The translations under genes were made by a program, and so were the position numbers. The notes below the pieces were generated by a model. The model saw only the letters and a list, made by a program, of their open reading frames with translations, made no database searches and had not been told where the DNA came from. A stretch of DNA of 64,000 bases from Eledone cirrhosa (Eukaryota), in NCBI GenBank assembly GCA_964016885.1, contig OZ024750.1, positions 28,830,001 through 28,894,000 on the forward strand. Reading direction: 5' to 3'. Numbering within the stretch: position 1 is the first letter of the stretch; every line of letters begins with the position of its first letter. Below, one piece after another: positions 59,220 through 64,000 of this stretch.

Positions 59220-59670
59220 ACATACACACACACACACACACTCAAAGTACACATACACACACACACAAACTCACACACACAAACACACACTCATACATAC
59301 CCCCCCACACACACACACACACACTCAAATTACACATATACACACAAAACACACACACACACACACTCAAAGTACACATACACACACACACAAACTCACA
59401 CACACAAACACACACTCATACATAGCCCCCCCCCCACACACACACACACACTCAAATTACACATATACACACAAAACACACACACACACACACTCAAAGT
59501 ACACACACACACATAATCGCACATACACACACAACACACACACACACACATATCTGTGTGCATATGTTTATATATTTATATATTTTTCTATATATGTGTG
59601 TATGTGTGTGTGTATGTATGTGTATGTATATGTATGTGTGTATATATGTTTGTGTATGTATGTATGTGCT
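59140..59670. repeat. (CA)n/(TG)n compound repeat with an internal ~120-bp duplication
   Basis: ctcaaagtacacatacac and ctcaaattacacatatac modules are repeated. Confidence 0.8.
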
Positions 59671-59929
59671 CAACTAAGTCCACCAATTGCTTTAGTCTCG
59701 ACCTAAATACACGCAAATTAAACCAAAAACCTTTTAAACTGTTCTCACCTCTTGGCAAAACCACCAACTGCCTGCCCAAATTACTGGTACTCTGAGCCCC
59801 CACGCCCCTGTTTATTAATTCTTCAGATTTTTTCAGTCCTCTTCCTCTGTTTATTAAATTTTGCTGATCTATTTCCGGCGAATTTTTGTTGTAAGTGATT
59901 CATATTGATACATTAGCTAGGGAAGATAA

Positions 59930-60482
59930 TAACTGTTTCTAATTTTGGCACAAGGCCAGCAAGTATCCCAGTGCATTACTGGTACTTTATTTTATCGACC
60001 CCGTAAAGATGAAAGATAAAGTTAACCTCGGTGGGATTTGAACTTAGATTGTAAAGGGCCGTAACTCTATGCCTCAAAGCATGGAGTCCGAGCCTCTACC
60101 GATTCTGCCAACCCACTATAATAATTGTTTCTTATATAGGCACAAGGCCAGTCATTTTTGGGGGGGCGGGTGGGGGGGGGGGGGGCGATTAAATCGACCC
60201 CCGTGCATTACTGGTACTTTATTGTATCGACCCCGTAAGAATGAAAGGCGGTATTTGAACTCAGATCATAAAGGGTCGTAACTCTATGCTGCGAAGCATG
60301 GCGTCCGAGTCTCTACCGATTCTTCCAACCCACTATAATAATTGTTTCTACTTTTGGCACAAGGCCAGCAATCACCCAATGTATTACTGGTACTTTATTT
60401 TATCGACTCCGTAAGGATGAAAGGCAAAGTTAACCTCGACGGGATTTGGACTCAGACCATAAAGGGCCGTAACTCTTTGCTG
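59930..60482 (-). mobile_element. Three head-to-tail family A SINEs
   Basis: Copies at ~59930-60118, 60120-60337 and 60340-60482. Confidence 0.87.
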
Positions 60483-60780
60483 TTTACATTAAAACAACCT
60501 TATATATGACAAAGAAAGAACATTACAAGAAATCCCATATTTACGAACGTACACTATACAATTACAGATTCCCACTTACAAGACTTTAAGCAAATGTCCA
60601 CCCCACCCCCTATTATTTGGGACCTAAGAGTATGTGAAGTTTTAGCAATATTATATTCTAATATATTCATTTTAAAGCGATATACTTCACATAGAAAGTA
60701 ATATCTTATTTTAGAGAGATTTCAGTTTGGAATTCCCTAACGATATAGTCACTACCTCAATGCCAACATATATTCCTTTA

Positions 60781-61050
60781 CTTCTTCTTCGCCCAATTAT
60801 TCCTGGGAGGGTTGTGGGGGAAGAGTCCTCAAACACTCCCTCCAGCCATTCCTGTCAGAAGCAACGGTCTCAAACTAATCTGGCTGGATCCCCAAACAGG
60901 AACAGTCAAGCTCATCGATGTTATCCAACCAATCCCTACGTCTCTTACCAGCGATTCTTTCCCGAGACATTCTAACCCCATGCTCATGGTATCGGAGCTA
61001 TGATCTCTCAATTCGGAGAAGTAGCGGCTCTGCCTGGAGTGAATCTCTAA
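60781..61050 (-). pseudogene. RTE-clade LINE 3' end, cut by the assembly gap
   Basis: Minus-strand RDSLQAEPLLLRIERS*LRYHEHGVRMSRERIAGKRRRDWLDNI..., then after a frameshift VASDRNGWRECLRTLPPQPSQE*, followed by a gaagaagaag tail. Confidence 0.82.
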
Positions 61051-61250
61051 NNNNNNNNNNNNNNNNNNNNNNNNNNNNNNNNNNNNNNNNNNNNNNNNNN
61101 NNNNNNNNNNNNNNNNNNNNNNNNNNNNNNNNNNNNNNNNNNNNNNNNNNNNNNNNNNNNNNNNNNNNNNNNNNNNNNNNNNNNNNNNNNNNNNNNNNNN
61201 NNNNNNNNNNNNNNNNNNNNNNNNNNNNNNNNNNNNNNNNNNNNNNNNNN
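61051..61250. other. Assembly gap (200 N)
   Basis: Run of N. Confidence 1.
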
Positions 61251-61287
61251 TATATACATATTATATATATATATTATATATATATAT

Positions 61288-61321
<34 letters not shown>

Positions 61322-61464
61322 ATATATTATATATATATTATATATATATATATATTATATATATATATTATATATTATATATATTATATATATATTATTA
61401 TATATATATTATATTATATATATATATTATATATATATATATTATAATATATATATTATATATA

Positions 61465-61550
<86 letters not shown>

Positions 61551-61556
61551 TATATA

Positions 61557-61604
<48 letters not shown>

Positions 61605-61653
61605 ATATATATATATTATATATATATTATATATATTATATATATATATTATA

Positions 61654-61714
<61 letters not shown>

Positions 61715-61722
61715 ATATTATA

Positions 61723-61765
<43 letters not shown>

Positions 61766-62020
61766 ATATTAATTAATATATATATATATTATTATATATA
61801 TATATATTATATATATATATATATTATATATATATTATATATATATATATATTATATATATATATATATTATATATATATATATTATATATATATATATT
61901 ATATATATATATATTATATATATATATATATATATAATATATATATTATATATATATATATTATATATATATATATTATATATATATATATTATATATAT
62001 TATATATATATATATATATA
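61251..62020. repeat. Interrupted (TA)n tract
   Basis: Direct inspection. Confidence 0.95.
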
Positions 62021-62197
62021 AACATACATATATATGGTATTAGTATTGGTGCTCTGAAATAGCGATGTATACATGAATGTATGTATAATATATTTAGCAA
62101 TATACCGTATGTTTAATTAAAAACATTTAGAAGACCATTCGCTATCAATTTTAAAGTAGTGACTATGCCACTTCTTTTTGGCGAAAGAAGGGAGAGA

Positions 62198-62239
62198 AGC
62201 TGAAAGTCTGTTTCACGCTGGTTGGCGTTCATCAGAGCC
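62198..62239 (-). ncRNA. Type I hammerhead candidate
   Basis: Reverse complement GGCU-CUGAUGA-ACGC CAACCA GCGU-GAAA-CAGACUU-UC-AGCU, with weak stem III. It is enclosed by the outer inverted repeat ttttggcgaaagaaggg / ccctgctttcgccgaaaa. Confidence 0.62.
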
Positions 62240-62864
62240 ACGTAATCCCCTGCTTTCGCCGAAAATTATACAAGCTGGATTCTTATATTTATATATATAT
62301 ATATATCATAAATAATACACTGGAGAGAACAACAATGATTTATGAATACATATATTTTTAATGGCTGACAATTTATTTCTAACACTAACTCCTGGATATA
62401 CACATAGATGATATGAATACTGATTATAAATCGATATTAGTACAGCAATAATAAATGTGTGATACAGTATTTTCATCAGAGCCGAAAGAAATAATTATAA
62501 CATATTAACTCGAAAATCAAAACGGATCACCGAAGTGATAGACCTACAGTCAAGGTGGAATCTTGATATTAAAATGGTAGAAGTTATAAACCGTTAGAAC
62601 CACCATATTGTTCAGGTTCGAAAATGAAATATACAATTCATTTTCAAAGGGAGATAATTAAGTAGTACAGTGTAGGAAAATTTAAATGAGTATTCTTAAA
62701 AAAAGAAAAGGAGAGAAATTAATCATAAAGTAAGATGTTCAGGACAAAATAAACATAAGAAAACATTTGTTTAATGATAAAATAAAAATTATATCCATTT
62801 ATTACTAGGAGGGTGTATAAAGGTCGAAACAATAACATAGAACCCTAAAGAAAATAATTAATAT

Positions 62865-62980
62865 TAATTATTTCTACTTTTGGAACAAGGCCAGCAATTA
62901 ATCCAGTGTATTACTGGTACTTTATTTTATCGAGCCCGTAAGGATGAAAGGTAAAGTTAACCTCGGCGGGATTTGAACCA
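62865..62980 (-). mobile_element. Family A SINE (5' truncated)
   Basis: Conserved tail and body ending at gggatttgaac. Confidence 0.85.
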
Positions 62981-64000
62981 TAAAAATATTAATGGGAATT
63001 AGTTAGAGTGCATTAAAAACATATTGAAATAATTAAAGATAATTAAATTAAACAGGGAATCTATAAGATCGAAGATATATGCAGGTAATAGTATGTAATA
63101 TAAGATTGCATTACAAGTGAAAATAAAAATTGTATATGTATATATAAATGTATAAAAATATATATATGTATGTATAAATGTATAAAAATATATATGTATA
63201 TATAAATGTTGTTATACTTTGGGAGGGTCATGTTGCCAATAAGAAACACACGCACCATTTGCTTTCACTTCAATTTATTATAAATTTCCGGTTGGCTGGT
63301 TCCACAACCGGATGGTTGTTCATATATTGTCAAAGTTCTTTCGTCACACATTCTGGGGATTCTTTTCTTTGTTTTGTGCATCTCCTGTTCTGTCCTACGC
63401 CATCTTTTTTTTTGTGTGTCATATATATAAATGTATATGAATATAAAAATATATATGTATGTATAAATGTATAAAAATATAAAATGTATATATAAATATA
63501 TATGAATATAAAAATATATATGTATGTATAAATGTATAAAAATATAAAATGTATATATAAATATATATGAATATAAAAATATATATGTATGTATAAATGT
63601 CGTCTATACCGAGGTGATTTTTTTCATTGAAAAAAAAAAAAAAAAAATCTATAAAAGAAATGAATTGTGGTAATTGGTTGAAATACAGGGGGTTTTTTTT
63701 GTTTTGCTTTTTTAGAAAACACTCATTTCATATAGACTGTGTAGCTGGACTATCGTCTATACGGAGATAAAAGATTTTTTTCATTTAAAAAAAAAAATCT
63801 ATAAACGAAACGAATGGAGGAAATTCGTTCGGAATACAGATTTTCATAAGAAAATTGTTAATATTTCAAAACGATGTTTTTAATGAATATAATTTCATAA
63901 TTTAAAGAAAAAACGAAATTCAGAGATCGAATCCCTTATCGTCGCAATATCACCAATGCGCTAATAATTTTCTTGTAAAAATATATTTACTCGAATACCA

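Noticed and set aside
62465-62485. ggctctgatgaaaa on the minus strand
   Set aside because: No stem II or GAAA follows.

Overview
This is AT-rich, repeat-saturated eukaryotic DNA. The SINE and LINE families resemble those I recall from octopod cephalopods (inference). No host protein-coding gene can be supported. The long ORFs in the track are translations of microsatellites or satellites, and none of the short ones gave a recognisable host protein. The window holds three tandem satellites (53 bp, 26/27 bp over ~14.7 kb with a ~3.6-kb higher-order repeat, and 94 bp), an AAC-rich compound repeat, many tRNA-derived SINE copies, two non-autonomous Helitrons, pogo-type and hAT-type MITEs, decayed RTE- and CRE-clade LINE 3' ends, and a 200-N gap. 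The main signal is a set of short non-coding elements sitting mostly in (TA)n tracts. They carry minimal type I hammerhead ribozymes (CUGANGA...GAAA, a very short and often palindromic stem III, often followed by AATAAA) and frequently fold back as inverted duplications. The best case is 5147-7245, a 506-bp tandem unit with three hammerhead copies in a ~0.8-kb-arm palindrome. In this locus and in an independent copy at 13.2-13.7 kb, the inverted arm joins 4-8 nt from the predicted self-cleavage site. This fits Penelope-like pseudo-LTR remnants or non-LTR retrozymes. All structures were derived by eye and need computational and biochemical confirmation.
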